64,000 bases of DNA from Tubiluchus corallicola (GCA_030141605.1 JAQGDQ010000066.1:1-64000), one strand, 5' to 3'; counted from the stretch's first letter, positions 1 through 13,300 are shown. Notes: a model not told the origin generated them from the sequence alone. A program made the numbers and translations.

Positions 1-33
<33 letters not shown>
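1..33. repeat. (AT)n microsatellite
   Basis: Pure AT dinucleotide run at the window start. Confidence 0.95.
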
Positions 34-34
<1 letters not shown>

Positions 35-175
35 TAATGCTCTTGTGAATCCTATCAAACCAGGAATTGTTTTGTATGCTATAGGAGACAATTTACCTAT
101 CCTTGCAACAATCAAATCCTCGTACATACACAAATAAGTAGCAAATGTTAAAGTTAGGTTTATTCGGAACTTCAA

Positions 176-1584
176 TCAAAATGCTTTTCTCGGCAAACTC
201 AAACATTCCTCACAAGAACTTATCAGCAAATTTAACACATTTCTTTTAAAATTTAAGGCAGTTTTAAGAAGACATGCATCTTGAAAAGCATTATCTAGAA
301 AAGGAAAAATAACATTACAAAAACCATTGCTTTCACCTGGCATGCTTATTCTATAAAAACCTGCAGCAACATGTACAGGACTCACAAATTTTACAATTCA
401 CTATTAAAAAGATATCAGTAGAAGCAATACTTTAATAAATTAAAGTGCATGCAAAGAAAAATACTATAATAGCCGCATCAGTCAAAATAAAGATAATGCA
501 CAACGTGTGGCCATCGTTGAGTGAAATCATAAAAAACAAAAAGATATGTGGCATTGCACCAACTAAAATCAATAATAATGCAAAAAATAAGTTCTGCCCC
601 GTTAGTATTGCAAACTATGTAAACGATTTTCTCGCATCTGTTGGAAACGAACTGGAAAGCAAAATTACAGCCTCTGAGAACCTAATGAGAGATACATGGG
701 GCAACCTAATCCCATAAGCATCGCTATAGACACTGTTTTACAACATGAGGTTTCCACACTGATCTCTTAACTGAATGTATCCAAATCATCGAGACCTGAA
801 AGTGTGCCAGATAATATTACAAATTTAGCAATAACACTATTTCCTCTGTACTTGCTAAACAAATAAATATATCTGTAATTCAGGAACATGTCCAGATGCA
901 ATAAATTATACCAATCTATAAATCTATATTTTTACTGTCTCCTGCAAGCAAAATCTTCGAATTAGTTATTTACTCCAGATTCTCAAATTTTTACTTCTCT
1001 TAATATTTTTAGCAAATATCAATCTGGATTGAGACAAAATTATTCAGTCATGCTAGCTACAGCTGAAATAATTTACAGTATCCATAATAACTTTGACAAA
1101 AATTTAATCATCTGTGGCATATTCCTTGATCTTACACAACTTTTGACACTGTCCAATAACATACACTGCTAAAAAAACTTGAAGATCATGGCACAAAAGG
1201 CACACTCTCGCAGTTACTAAGTTCTTACTTGCACAATAAAAGACAGTTCACTAGCACAAACAATTCCAATTCTGACATTTTGCTAGTTCTTTGGCATCTC
1301 ACAATGTTTCAGCTTAGGCCCACTGTTATTGCTAATTTATATAAATGACTTTGCTAATTGTTCGCATTTTCAAGTATGGTTATTTCCAATTGATAAGAAA
1401 CTTATTCTTAAATTTCTCTAACCTTACACAAGTACAACGATGAGCTCCACAAAATTAATTCCTAGATGAAAGCCAATAAATTAACAGCCAACTACACTAA
1501 AACAAAATACATGTTAATATCAAGAAACTCGTCATATTTAAAAATAACACCCATTTTACTATTAACACGGGCAACAACATTTTG
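176..1584 (+). mobile_element. Decayed non-LTR retrotransposon (CR1/L2-like LINE ORF2), 5' part; interrupted by a younger LINE
   Basis: Frameshifted RT motifs: CGIFLDL..FDTV at ~1110-1155, LGPLLLLIYINDF at ~1315-1352, MKANKLTANYTKTKYMLI at 1466. Many stops. The left boundary is approximate. Confidence 0.8.
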
Positions 1585-3165
1585 TAATAGTAATAGTAAT
1601 AGTAATAGTAATTTATTTTCCTCCATATACAATAATTTGACAATAAAATACACAAAAATACAAACAAACATAGGAGAAAGGGTGGCGAAAAACCAAAGGT
1701 TATCGAGTCAACCACCCTTCTCAAAGGACAGTAAACAAAAGGACGCTAAGGACAGTAGACACAGCTATATTAAAAAATACATAAACGTGCAGAAATACAA
1801 AAAACAAAAATACAACAGCAAAAGACAAAAATCAAAAACCATGACAAATTTACGAACTACTAAGCAAAATACCTTACAATTGTTTCTGATAAATACATCT
1901 AATAAATACACAAACGTACAGAAATACAAAAACAAAAATACAACAGCGAAAAAGTGAGTTTGCACCTCATAAAAATGTTTTTAAGCAAAAGTTACCATAA
2001 GAATGTACATCTAACAGACAAAAAAACTGATTTATTTGTAAGCTTCAAGAAGTGCCTTAGCGTACTGTTTTTTAGCGAATGCAGAGGTAAAGAAGTTATA
2101 TGAGCAGGTAGAGAGTTCCATAATACTGATCCCTGATATTTTAACGACGTTTGACCCTTAGATGTATTAAATCGTTCGATAAAGAAAGAACTGTTAGTAG
2201 AAAACCTAGTGTTGTAACTGTGAATATCGGATGCTGGCGTATAGTAATTTAGAAACAATTCTGGTAGTAAGTTATTCTTAAATTTGTATACAAATTTTGC
2301 AAGCTCGAGTTTGTAGATATCATTCAGTTTTAAGAGGCCCAATTTAATGTAGGATGGCGTTGCATGTTCCCGTCTACCAGAAAATGTCATCAGCTTAACT
2401 ATAATGTTTTGATGAGTTTGTATCGGTTTTAAAGTATTTGAAGATGCAGTGCCCCAGGAAAGAATCCCATAGTGAAGATAAGAATAAACCAAAGCATGGT
2501 ATATTAGTTTTAGTACATCTGTATTTATGTAGTGTCTTATCCTCGCAATTATGCCCTTGATTTTGCTAATTTTGTAGGTTATGTGTTTTGTTTGTGTAGA
2601 CCATGTTAAGTTATCATCAATGAACATACCGAGGTATTTAATTTCTTTAGACCTAGTTAATATTTGATTATTCATTGAAATCTGGAAATTTTCATATGCG
2701 TCTGTTTTGCGGCCAGGCGTAATCAGCATGTATTTTGTCTTTTTATAGTTAATAGACAGTTTGTTAGCTTTCATCCACTGATTAATCTTATGCAATTCAC
2801 TGTTAACTGAAGTTTGTAAATTAATTATCTTTGTATCTGTTAAGAATAGATTAGTGTCATCTGCAAACATTCTAGTGTGGAAGTTTGAACAGTTTACAAG
2901 ATCATTTATGTACAAAAGAAGCAATATCGGGCCTAGAGTAGAGCCTTGTGGTACTCCACATGTTATAGTAGTTAGATTTGAGCTAGTATCTCCAATGGAA
3001 GTGTACTGTTGTCTGTTGTGCAAGTAAGATGCAAAGAAATTTTGGGATAGTCCTCTAATACCATAATGTTTCATTTTTTGGAGTAATATATTATGTTGTA
3101 CAGTGTCAAAAGCCTTGGACAGATCTAGGAAGATGCCACACACAAATACATTTTTGTCAATATTA
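1585..3165 (-). mobile_element. 5'-truncated CR1/L2-like LINE with intact 3' end and (TTACTA)n tail
   Basis: On the minus strand an AATAAA is followed by a TTACTA tandem tail (plus strand GTAATA repeats, 1584-1612). It has a ~400-bp 3' UTR and an open RT ORF at 1992-3143. Confidence 0.88.
1992..3143 (-). CDS. LINE reverse transcriptase, C-terminal portion (5'-truncated)
   Basis: Motifs FLDLSKAFDTV, GVPQGSTLGP, MFADDT, KYLGMFIDDNLTW and HSYNTR. Confidence 0.9.
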   Translation of the reverse strand: MCGIFLDLSKAFDTVQHNILLQKMKHYGIRGLSQNFFASYLHNRQQYTSIGDTSSNLTTITCGVPQGSTLGPILLLLYINDLVNCSNFHTRMFADDTNLFLTDTKIINLQTSVNSELHKINQWMKANKLSINYKKTKYMLITPGRKTDAYENFQISMNNQILTRSKEIKYLGMFIDDNLTWSTQTKHITYKISKIKGIIARIRHYINTDVLKLIYHALVYSYLHYGILSWGTASSNTLKPIQTHQNIIVKLMTFSGRREHATPSYIKLGLLKLNDIYKLELAKFVYKFKNNLLPELFLNYYTPASDIHSYNTRFSTNSSFFIERFNTSKGQTSLKYQGSVLWNSLPAHITSLPLHSLKNSTLRHFLKLTNKSVFLSVRCTFLW

Positions 3166-3660
3166 TTAAGGACTACCTACATAAAATATTTAGGGTTGCA
3201 TATTGACAACAAACTGACTTGATTATGCACTCAAAATTTATATTGTACAAGCTCAACAAGCTAATGTATTATTTTCAAAAATACCGCATTTTCTTAACAG
3301 AAACACCCGCCAAACTCTTTGCTAGTCCTTTGTGTATCCATATTTTGAGTATTGTGCACTCTGTTGGGGATCAGCCAATAACGCAATTTTAAAGCCAATA
3401 TGCGTTGCACAAAATAAAATTGTCTAATTATTACATTTAGTAGATATACAGATCCAGCTGAACTTTCATTTCATGTCTAGCAAGTTTTAAAAATACATGA
3501 TGTACATCAGTTAGAATTAGCTAAATTTATGTATAAATACTACTCAAATAATTTAACTAAAGTATTTTACTCTAGTCAGTGATATTCATAACTATAGCAC
3601 AAGAGCAGCTACTAAGAAGTATTACTTTACCCCAAGATATTCAACATATATTTGGAAGTC
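3166..3660 (+). mobile_element. Decayed LINE ORF2, 3' continuation of the 176-1584 element
   Basis: Reading resumes with LRTTYIKYLGLHIDNKLT directly after ...INTGNNIL at 1584. Later remnants include LELAKFMYK and DIHNYSTR. Confidence 0.8.
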
Positions 3661-4096
3661 CCGATCTCTCAGGTTTAAATTTTCCATTTCATTGCTTGTG
3701 AAGTTAGACGAAGTGCTTTGAGGCCTGACAGTGCACAATGCAATTTTTAGTGTTAAGGTTGAATTTTTGATTAAAAATCCTTCTGCAAAAGCTTAACAAC
3801 AAATACTAATGCAGAAATGCAAAGCAAGTCTCGGAGGTGTTAATGTTTTACTAAATTACTCGTAGAATTCGGAATTGTGCAAATAAAGTATTTTAAGTCC
3901 AAACTAAAGTTATTTTAAATTTGTGGACAAATTTATTTCAGAAAGTTGAATTTTGGGATTCTGAAATTTGAACACTGTCATGTTTGAGCCTTTCAACCTG
4001 TGTATTTGTGTATAGATTAATAAACTATGATCATTAGATTAATAAACTAATTAATACGCGGTATTGTGAATTAAACCCGGTATAAAGATTTTGCCT

Positions 4097-4250
4097 TAGT
4101 TGGCATCAGATTCACAGAGAAACGCAATCTTCTGTGAACACTGATTATCGTTCCAGTCATAGTTGAAATGATAGTGCTTTCTGATTTCTAAACAATGCTC
4201 ACGCCCATTAAAATTGTTAGGTTCGGTTCGATACCAGACAGATAATGTAC
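4097..4250 (-). pseudogene. Tandem partial duplicate of the C-type lectin last exon
   Basis: Encodes VWYRTEPNNFNGREHCLEIRKHYHFNYDWNDNQCSQKIAFLCESDAN*, paralogous to 4358-4500. The 3' UTR (ggtattgtgaattaaacc) is also duplicated. Frameshift upstream and no clear acceptor. Confidence 0.7.
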
Positions 4251-4357
4251 TCTGTCTATACAGTATGTAGTGTATTGTGTACAGATTAATACACCATGGT
4301 TATCAGATTAGTAAAATATAGATACATGGTATTGTGAATTAAACCTGGAACAAAGAC

Positions 4358-7300
4358 TCAGTTGGCATCAGCTTCGCAGAGAAACGCAAGCTGGTCAGAA
4401 CAATCCCAATCGTTCCAGTCATAGTTGAAATGCCTGCGCTTTCTGATTTCTGCACAATGCTCATGTCCCCTAAAATTGTTAGGCTCGTTTTGACACCAGG
4501 CATCAAATAACAGTCGATGTCCATTAGAAATCCATACCCAGCTTCCTTCATTAAGTTGATCTGTTCCGCCAATCCAGGTGAAAGAGGAACCTATGAGAAA
4601 AAAGTTAATATTAATATGTAGTGAAAAGTTCCATTTGAGAATGACAGGCAGAAATGGGTAGAATTGGTTAAAATAAATAAGCAAACAAACTGCACAAGAT
4701 CTAGTTCGTACAGACGTCACAAAAACTGCTTAGAGACCTGTTGTTAAACCTTACACAATCAGCTGTTGCTTTTAGTAGCAGGTTTCTGGGCAAAACTTGC
4801 CTATACAAGTTAGATCTTTTTTCAGTTTGGTAAAGCCAGGTCAAATTAAGCAAGATCTATGATCATAAAGTCAAGTCATATAATGAGACTATATTGCAGT
4901 GTAATCCATTTATAGCGAGACCTGTTATAACAAGCCACTGGGTAATATGAGTAAATTTCAAGTTTCCGTCAAATTTTAATGATGTACCTAAATCTTGCTT
5001 ACAGTGCTCCCTGATATTACAATTTATTGCTTACGGGGGAATTTTCAGGTGCTGTGATTGTACTTTGCCTACATAAAACGAGCTTAAATGGATTATACTA
5101 TAATAATGAATATTCTACACTTGCCACTGGTTTTCACGTAGTTGACTACAAACCGATTTTCTTTAGCTGTTTCTATGGTAACCAATTCACCTCCCTTGGT
5201 TCTGCACTTGATCACAGCCTGCCACCAAGTAGCCGGGGCTTTGTGCAAGGTGTAACATTTTCCATTGTAGTGTTTGGCACCTTTTGGACAACAAGTAGTA
5301 CTGGACATAGCCTGATAATAGCAGAAAACAAAGCGTTTTGTAAACTTAAGAATCTGCAAGCTGAATGTAGTGTAACGTAATATTTCATAATCTAATGTTA
5401 TTTGTACAGTGTACTTGCGTGGTGAATAAATTTATAAATCGATGATTTTCGATATTTTGGTATGAAATCGCATGCCTCCCTGATCGCATGAATAAATTTA
5501 CAAATGGTGCAATGGAACTCATTCAGCTGTTAAGCTCGAATTTAATGAGCTGTGAAAGCGTAGGATGCAAGAAGTAAAATTTATCGTTTACGTAAGGACA
5601 CTCTAGGATGCTCAGGATAATTAGCTAATATTAGGTTGAGACGGATGTACCATTTATTATAAGCTATATGCACAAGTTACTAGTAATTAACAAAAACTCT
5701 GCGAGGTCACTGTTTCTTGAAGAAAAGAGGACTGATGAGTTTTACTGGTTACGATGACTTTGACCTCCCAGCTGTCCAATAAATCTAAATGTTGCGTGCG
5801 ACGTTGAAATCGTGCAAGGTTATTACGAGGTTACTTCGATGAGATATAAGCCATGAGTTCGAATAACCCAGCGCTCGTTCCACCCGATCGTACTGGAAGA
5901 GACACGTGTGTGTGTGTGACGAATCACACAAGAGGGCTACTTGACAGAGGAGATTGGGACAACTTGAGAAGTTCAGCGTAGACATCTTTCTGCGTTCCTA
6001 GGATAATCTAGGCACTGGACAACGAGAGTTTCATATCAACTATTGGAGTTGGCCAAATTGTACTGGGTACATTGTGGTCAAATCCGCAGAGTTAAGGAAT
6101 CTTAACACATTGGTAAACTGAGAATTAACTGTGCATATCTGTAGTTCGTATAAGTTCACATTGTACTATAGGATAAGTGTAGAGTACACCTTAGGTGATA
6201 GAATTGAAGAATTGCTCAGAGAGATACTTTTGGAAGCTATAAACTAGTTGTACGCGTCAAAAGCGCATAAGAACTAATCTTGTAAGCTACCTAGAAGCAG
6301 TAATTATTGTAAATCAATAAAGTAATTCTCTTTGACATTTAACGATTGAGTTAATGTATGATATTAGAGTGTTTAACTCAAGCAACACTATTTCCGATAT
6401 ACGAATCTGATTAGTTCGCTTTGAATTAACTAACGCTCATATTGCGGGAGCGTTGCTAGGAAACTTGAGGGAAATAGACCTTTTCTCACAACGCAAAGGT
6501 CAAGGTGAAGTTTAGATAAGACGATCATTGCTTGCTAGACTAATATCTAAAGCCCTCGGAGCCAGGTGAAGAATTCGCCTTATAGCAATTAGAAATTAAG
6601 TGGACATATTAAATTCAATCTATACGATATATAGATTTAAGTCACCTTACACTATACGATCAAGATTAACGGAAACATTAGGTATTTAAAATAAGAAGGT
6701 GATAACTGGTGCCGTGATCGCAGATTTAGTGTTTGCTATTTAGTATTTGCAATCTTTTGTAACTTTGTAATTAAGGTTCTGAATTTTGTAAACTTTGTGA
6801 ACTTGTTATATACGATAAGTACGTTATTCTCAGGAAACGCGACTATAAACAAGATGCAACGGAGAGTGAAAGTGATTAAGCAAGCCTTGAGGACATTCAA
6901 GAAATTGGAAAGTAACTACCAGGGCAGATCGGAAGGCTGCACCAGAATGAAGTAGAAATCCCCACATTAATTGGTGAGTGGTTTTGTATTGCCTGAAGGT
7001 GTTAACAGCCTTGTTATTGTATTGAAGATAATTTTGTTGATTGCGCCTAGTTGCGAAAAATTATGTCTGACCCTCAAGAAATAACAGAAGCTCAACTTGA
7101 GAGCTGGATTAGAACCGGAAGTCTCCCGATCGGTTGGTTAGGCGGGCAGAGTCCGGAGGTACAGGCCTTACATGCAGTGGTCCTGCGAAGGATACGGGAT
7201 AGTGAACAGAGCGCGGAAAGCGCTAAAGATGAGAGTAAATCAGATGAGCAAACAGCTGCTCAAACAAGTGGGGCTGTACCCACTTTAGTAGATAGAGCTA

Positions 7301-10300
7301 GCTATCTCTCATCTCAAATAGGGACCATTACTGACCAGTGGGCTTTATGTAGCGCCTTGGCAGAGTTGCCTAAATTCACGGGTCAAGAAATAGATTGTAG
7401 CGAAAGGTTTCGCACGTGGGTCCAAAGCATTACTCGGAGGGGGTTCTGTATTTTGCCTGATTCCCAGAATGCTGGTGGAGTGTGTGTGAGATTGGCTTAC
7501 ATGACCGTAGACGGTGCTTGCGCCCATTATTTGGACGCTAACCGTGAGGTTTGGTTTACCATGAACTGGAATCAATTTGTAACATTCTTAGAACAGCGGT
7601 ATGTAAACCGTGCAGAATTGACAAAGCACATGATAGAACTAAAGAATTTGAGGCAAAAGAAAAATGAGTCCCTACGGCAGTTAGTAGACCGTATCTGGTA
7701 TCATGCAAGATTGGCATATCGGCCATCAGAAATCGATCAATCATTGGCCCAGCAATTTTTAACTGATGTACTGATTGAGTCATTACGGAATGACCAATTA
7801 AGGGCCAAATTAATTAAGCATAACACCCTGACTTTAGAGGTGGCATATGCAAGGTGTAGGGAGGATGAGAATAATCATGAGATTATGAGATTAAAAAGTC
7901 GACATGTGGCACACCACCTGCGAGTGGAGACGCCCATGGAAGTTGGCTATGTAGGCTCTGAATCAGAGAGCGAAGGCCCAGCGTGCCAACTACTACTTCC
8001 CCGAATAACTGAAGAACCTAAACAAGGTCCCCCTGAGAATAGGGAAATGGTTCCTGAGAACCGCCAGGGTAAACAGTATCCGGTGGGAAGAAAACCTCCC
8101 AGAGACAGGCCGGCACCTCGGCAACGGCCGCAGATAGCCGGAATAGGCCGACAAGGTATGGGAAGGTGGTGGTCCCAGAAACCCAGGAGGCCCACACAAG
8201 CAGACTTGTGTTTTAAATGTCAACGGCCTGGGCATTTCGCCCGGGAGTGCCATTACACTGGCCCTGCTGTAAGAGGAAGGGTGGTAGGCCCAAGAAAGCA
8301 GCAGGAAAACTATTAGGCTCCCAGTGGGTCATCTCCCGCATTGGGAGCCCACCTTTTGTAACGGAGACAAGCGGAATTGTAAATAATAGAATTATGAGTA
8401 AAACTAATATATGTAGAAGTTGTATTAGTAAGACTGTAAATAAAAAATGGCGTGATGCGCGTAATAAGTGCCAACATAACTTAAGGGTAACGAATATAAA
8501 TAGAGGAAGTTGGGACGCGGTAAGTGCATACCCACCTGATAGCTTAACAGGCCGGCAGGAGCCACTGGTCACCCAGCCAACCTGCCTAGTAGAATTAAAC
8601 GGTAGGCCTGTGCGCATGTTAATTGATACGGGTGCGACGACCTCATGTGTGTCATTAGCACAATACAAGCAGTTGGGAATGGGGCCTTGTAATGCGAGCG
8701 GTGTGACATTGAAAGGTGCCTCAGGCACAGCCATACCGGTAATAGGCTCGAAAAATATTGAGACCAAATTTAGCGACAGCACGTTTAAGATTAAATACCA
8801 AATTCTTCAGATGAAGCAAAAGGCTATTTTGGGCATTGATGCGCTTCAGTCTATGAATGCCTCATTAGACTGTGGCAGGAAACTAATGGTTATAGGTAAG
8901 AAGGCTCACCTTCTTGCCTTAGATCAAGTCAGCGAGGAAGAACTTGATATTCTCCTTGCTGATGAAAACGCCTTGATTCCTAAGAACTGTGAGATCGTAT
9001 TGCGTACCCGAATTAAGCGAGATAGGCCACCAGGACAACTTTTGTGTGTCGAAATGGCTGAGCATGCGCCTGCTTTTAAAAATCGCCCAGATGTTGGGTT
9101 TGAAACTGGTTTAATAGAAGTAGACGAAGGACGTAGGAGTTCATTGCTTATACGTAATAATTCAAATAGACCCTTAAGGATTAGAAAGAATTGTGTGATT
9201 GGCACCGCGCAAGAAACTAGCATATCGAATGTATTGGCAATAGCGCTAGCGAATAAATGGAATACTAATAGCGGCTCGAAAAAAATAAAAGGTGTTATTA
9301 ATGGACGAAGGTATCAAGATGATGGCCTTCACTGCGCGCCCATGCGAAACAAGGGAATGAAGCAGGTTCCCCGGGTCTTTAATGACCGACGATTAGCAAT
9401 AAATGCAATGGCTAGAGGCAAGATGCCTAATGATAAAACACGTAGTAGGGCAGCAGGTAATTGTCCGCAGGAGGGCGGACTCAAGGTTCAATATGATAAT
9501 AGGGGCGGAATGTTTGTGGAACTCCAAGATTTGGAGAGCCCTTCGCCAAGTGAGTTTACGGCGAATATAAGGGGTGGTTACAAACAATGGCGGTATCACG
9601 ATGGAATTTCGGGAGAACGGGTAGATGCTGAGTTTAACTTGGATCATTTGGCTCCCATTTGGCGATCAAAGCTAGAAAAATTATTAAATAAATGGAAAGG
9701 AGTGTTTGCTAGCACTGACCTAGAACTAGGGCAGACTAAATTAGCTGAAATGAGAATTGATACTGGTGATGCGGAACCTATTCGATCAAAACCGTATCGA
9801 ATACCCAATAATTTAGAAAAAGAATTAGATAAGATTATTCGTGAATTATTGGCAGCAAAAATCATAGTACCAGCTAATAGCCCGTGGGCGTCACCTTGTT
9901 TATTAGTTAAAAAGGCTGATGGGAAAAGTTATAGGTTAGTGATAGATTATAGGAAAATCAATAAGTGTGTAAAGTTCGACGCCTTTCCTAGTCGAACCTT
10001 GTCCAATTTTACCGACAAATTGCAGGGAGCCAAATATTTTAGTTGTCTAGATTTAAGACAAGGGTTTTTACAAATACCTGTTCACCGAGATGACCAGCCT
10101 AAAACTGCCTTTGTGACCCAAAGTGGGGCATATATGTTTACTCGTAGCCCCATGGGTCTTTTAACTAGCCCATCAGTGTTTTGGCGGGTCATAAATAAGT
10201 TATTGGATGGGATAACTGATAAATTCAGTATAGCCTACCTGGATGACATTCTCGTACACTCAAAATCCACGGAGGAACATTTAAAACACTTGCAAGAAGT

Positions 10301-13300
10301 GTTCAGACGTTTAAAGGAGGCGAATTTGCGCCTGAAGCCATCAAAATGTCAATTTTTTAAGTCAGAAGTGCAATTTTTGGGCTATATAATTAGCAAAGAT
10401 GGATTAAGGCCCGACCCCGAACGTGCAAGAGCAGTACAAACAATGGACCGCCCAGTAAATGTGAGAGGGGTGCGAAGTTTTATAGGTAGTTGCAATTACT
10501 ACCGAGCTAACATACCGAGATTTGCAGAAATAGCTCGGCCTTTAACAGAATTAACCAGAAAAAATGTTAAGTTTGTATGGGGGAACGCCCAAGAAAAAGC
10601 TTTTAAAGAATTGAAAGCGGCGCTATTGAACCCCGTTATGTTAACGCACCCAGACACAGAAAGGCCCTATATTTTGTATACAGATGCAAGCTTATATAGT
10701 GTGGGAGGTGTATTAACTCAAGAGATTGATGAAGAAGAAAGACCGGTAGAGTTTTTCTCTCATCAATTAACACCTACCCAGCAGCGTTGGACTGCATCGG
10801 AGCGTGAATTGTACGCGATAATTTATGGCATACGGAAATTACACCATTATCTGTATGGTAGCCGTTACGTTATACGCACAGACCATAAGAGTCTGCAGTA
10901 TTTGCATGAGAGCAAACAATTAAAGAATCCAAAATTAGAGAGATGGGCCTTGTTACTATCGTAGCAAAATGCGAAGATTGAGTATTGTCCCGGGAATAAG
11001 AATCCCGCGGATCATTATAGCCGACTACCAATGAAATTAATGGAGCCGCAAGCGAGACCGTTATTTACTAAGAGAGACTTAGATGCTAGGTTGCACCGCC
11101 TAGAGAATGAAAATAATGCTCATAAATTAGCCGCTATAGGAGATGATAGCTCGCCATCAGGAAGCAGTACATTTAAAGATCCAGCACGCCCAGGGGCCCC
11201 TGCTGAGACCCTTACTGCGGATGGTCGACCTATTTCATTAGAGAATAAAGATGAAGATTGGGTTCAGTCTGCCAATTCTTCTGGGATATTATTCCCAAAG
11301 AAGAAAGTGCACTTGCGCAAAGAAGCATTGCTAAAACGTAATAAGGTTAATGAAGGTACAGAGACTGGCCGACAGCCAGGTCCGGAAGTGACCCGATCAG
11401 AGGTCACTGAGTTAACGACCGATAGTAAGGTAAAGGAAGCGTTAATTGATAAGAGGCGATTTGCCTTGTTGCAAAGTCAAGATGCAACTCTCTCCTACTT
11501 AATTCACGTCATCACTAGCCCCAAACAATCACAGGAGGCATACAGGTTAATGGAGGACTATGCCATTAATGATGACGGATTATTATGTCGTATTAATAAG
11601 AGATACGGGGAGAATGAAGGGAGTTATTATTTGATAGTCGTCCCTACAGTGCTAGTAGAAGAAATTATTCGGGAAATACATAGTTCTTATGCCGGAGGAC
11701 ATTTTGCATTGGCCAAAACGGTCAACAAGATTCTTATAAAATTTTGGTGGTCCACCATCCGGCAAGACTGTAAGAAATTTATAGAGAATTGCCCCACATG
11801 TAATAAAAAGAGTAGGAATGTGGTAAAGTTCCCTATGCAAGAGGCACCAATCCCGATAGTGCCCTATCAAACCGTGGCAACCGACATCGTAGGTCCACTA
11901 CCTACAACAGAGAATGGAAACAAATATATAATTTCGTTTACTGACTTGGCTACTAAATGGGTAGATGCCGTTGGCATACCTGATAAGAAAGCCGAAACGG
12001 TGACGGAAGCATTTGTTAATGAAATTATCTGTAGGTACGGTGCCCCAATTAAGTTGTTAACTGACAATGATAAATCGTATGTAAACGATATGACTAAGAG
12101 ACTGACTGAGCACTATGGGATACGACATATTACGATAACTCCAAACAACCCCCCAGGCAATGCAATTGAGGAACGTCAACATGGAACGTTGATGAGTTTA
12201 TTAAGGCAGCTAACGGACAAGGATCCCGTACGTTGGGACAAACATATCCCAAGGGCCTTAGCCGCCTATCGTACCTCAATACATAGTACGTCGGGGTACT
12301 CGCCGTACTATTTGTTATTTGCGCGTGCGCCGCGAGGGGTGATAGAAGATCATTTGGCAGAACCAGAGAAATACGTGGGAGAAGATTACTTTGAGAATTA
12401 TTTGCAAACAATGCATCAGGCATTTGTAGTAGCAAAGAAAAGAACCGAAGTAGCTAGGGCAAAGTGTAAAGAATTATATGACAGAAAGGCTCATACGAGA
12501 CATTTTAGAGCTGGTGATGTGGTATTTTATTATAACCAAGCCACGAAGCCAAAAGCTTCAAGGAAGTTACACCAGTATTGGGAAAGCAACTATGTTGTAT
12601 TAACAAGGTTGGGTAAACATAGGTATAAAATCAAAAACATGGACACGGGTCGAGTAAGAACGTGTCATGTGACCCACTTGCGCCTAGTCCCTCCCACAGC
12701 TGCCTGGTCTACTAAACCAGGAGCTCGAAAATTTAATAAAGCAGGCAGACCTCTGCGTAGAGCTGCCCGCGTGTCGGAACCCGAAATCTCCCAAGAAGGA
12801 AAAGATTTTAGTAAGAGGGGTCAGGAGGGGTCAGCTCCTGTACTCACCTCTTTGCCAGGGGCAACAGTAAGTCAAGGGCAAGAGGGTAGTGAAAAGCCTA
12901 TCGAACCCGCCGAAAGTTTGGCATGGGATCCCTTTGATGCTCCGTTCTTACAGCCAGATAGGGAGAATGGAGATAGCCTTCCGGAACTTAGGTTAGATGA
13001 CCTCGGTGAAGGGCAGTCTGAAGAGGAAGAGACGCCCCGCCCAGGTGAGCCGGAAGACGAAGAGTCAGAGATTTCTAGTGGAACACCACCGCCACTATTA
13101 AGACCTGATGAAGTACACTCTAGCGCCACAAAGCGACCTAGAAGTAATAGTACTAGTGAGCTCTCCGAAATTAGTGCGAAATCAAGATGCACTGAGAGCG
13201 AAGCGGCTTTCAGCGAAGTCTCTAAAAAGAGCAGTGCTGAAGAGTCGGAAGATGAGGATAATGGACCTCCCCAGATAGAACGAATTATAACAATGTCTCA

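Noticed and set aside
1466-1965. Lys/Asn-rich and hydrophobic ORFs
   Set aside because: Chimeric read-through from the old LINE into the A-rich reverse complement of the young LINE 3' UTR.
5785-5985. Identical 66-aa antisense ORF also at 17403-17603
   Set aside because: Duplicated only because it lies in both LTRs; short, with no recognisable motif.
6854-6955. 33-codon upstream ORF in the leader of the env element
   Set aside because: Stops before the splice donor; too short to support without comparative data.
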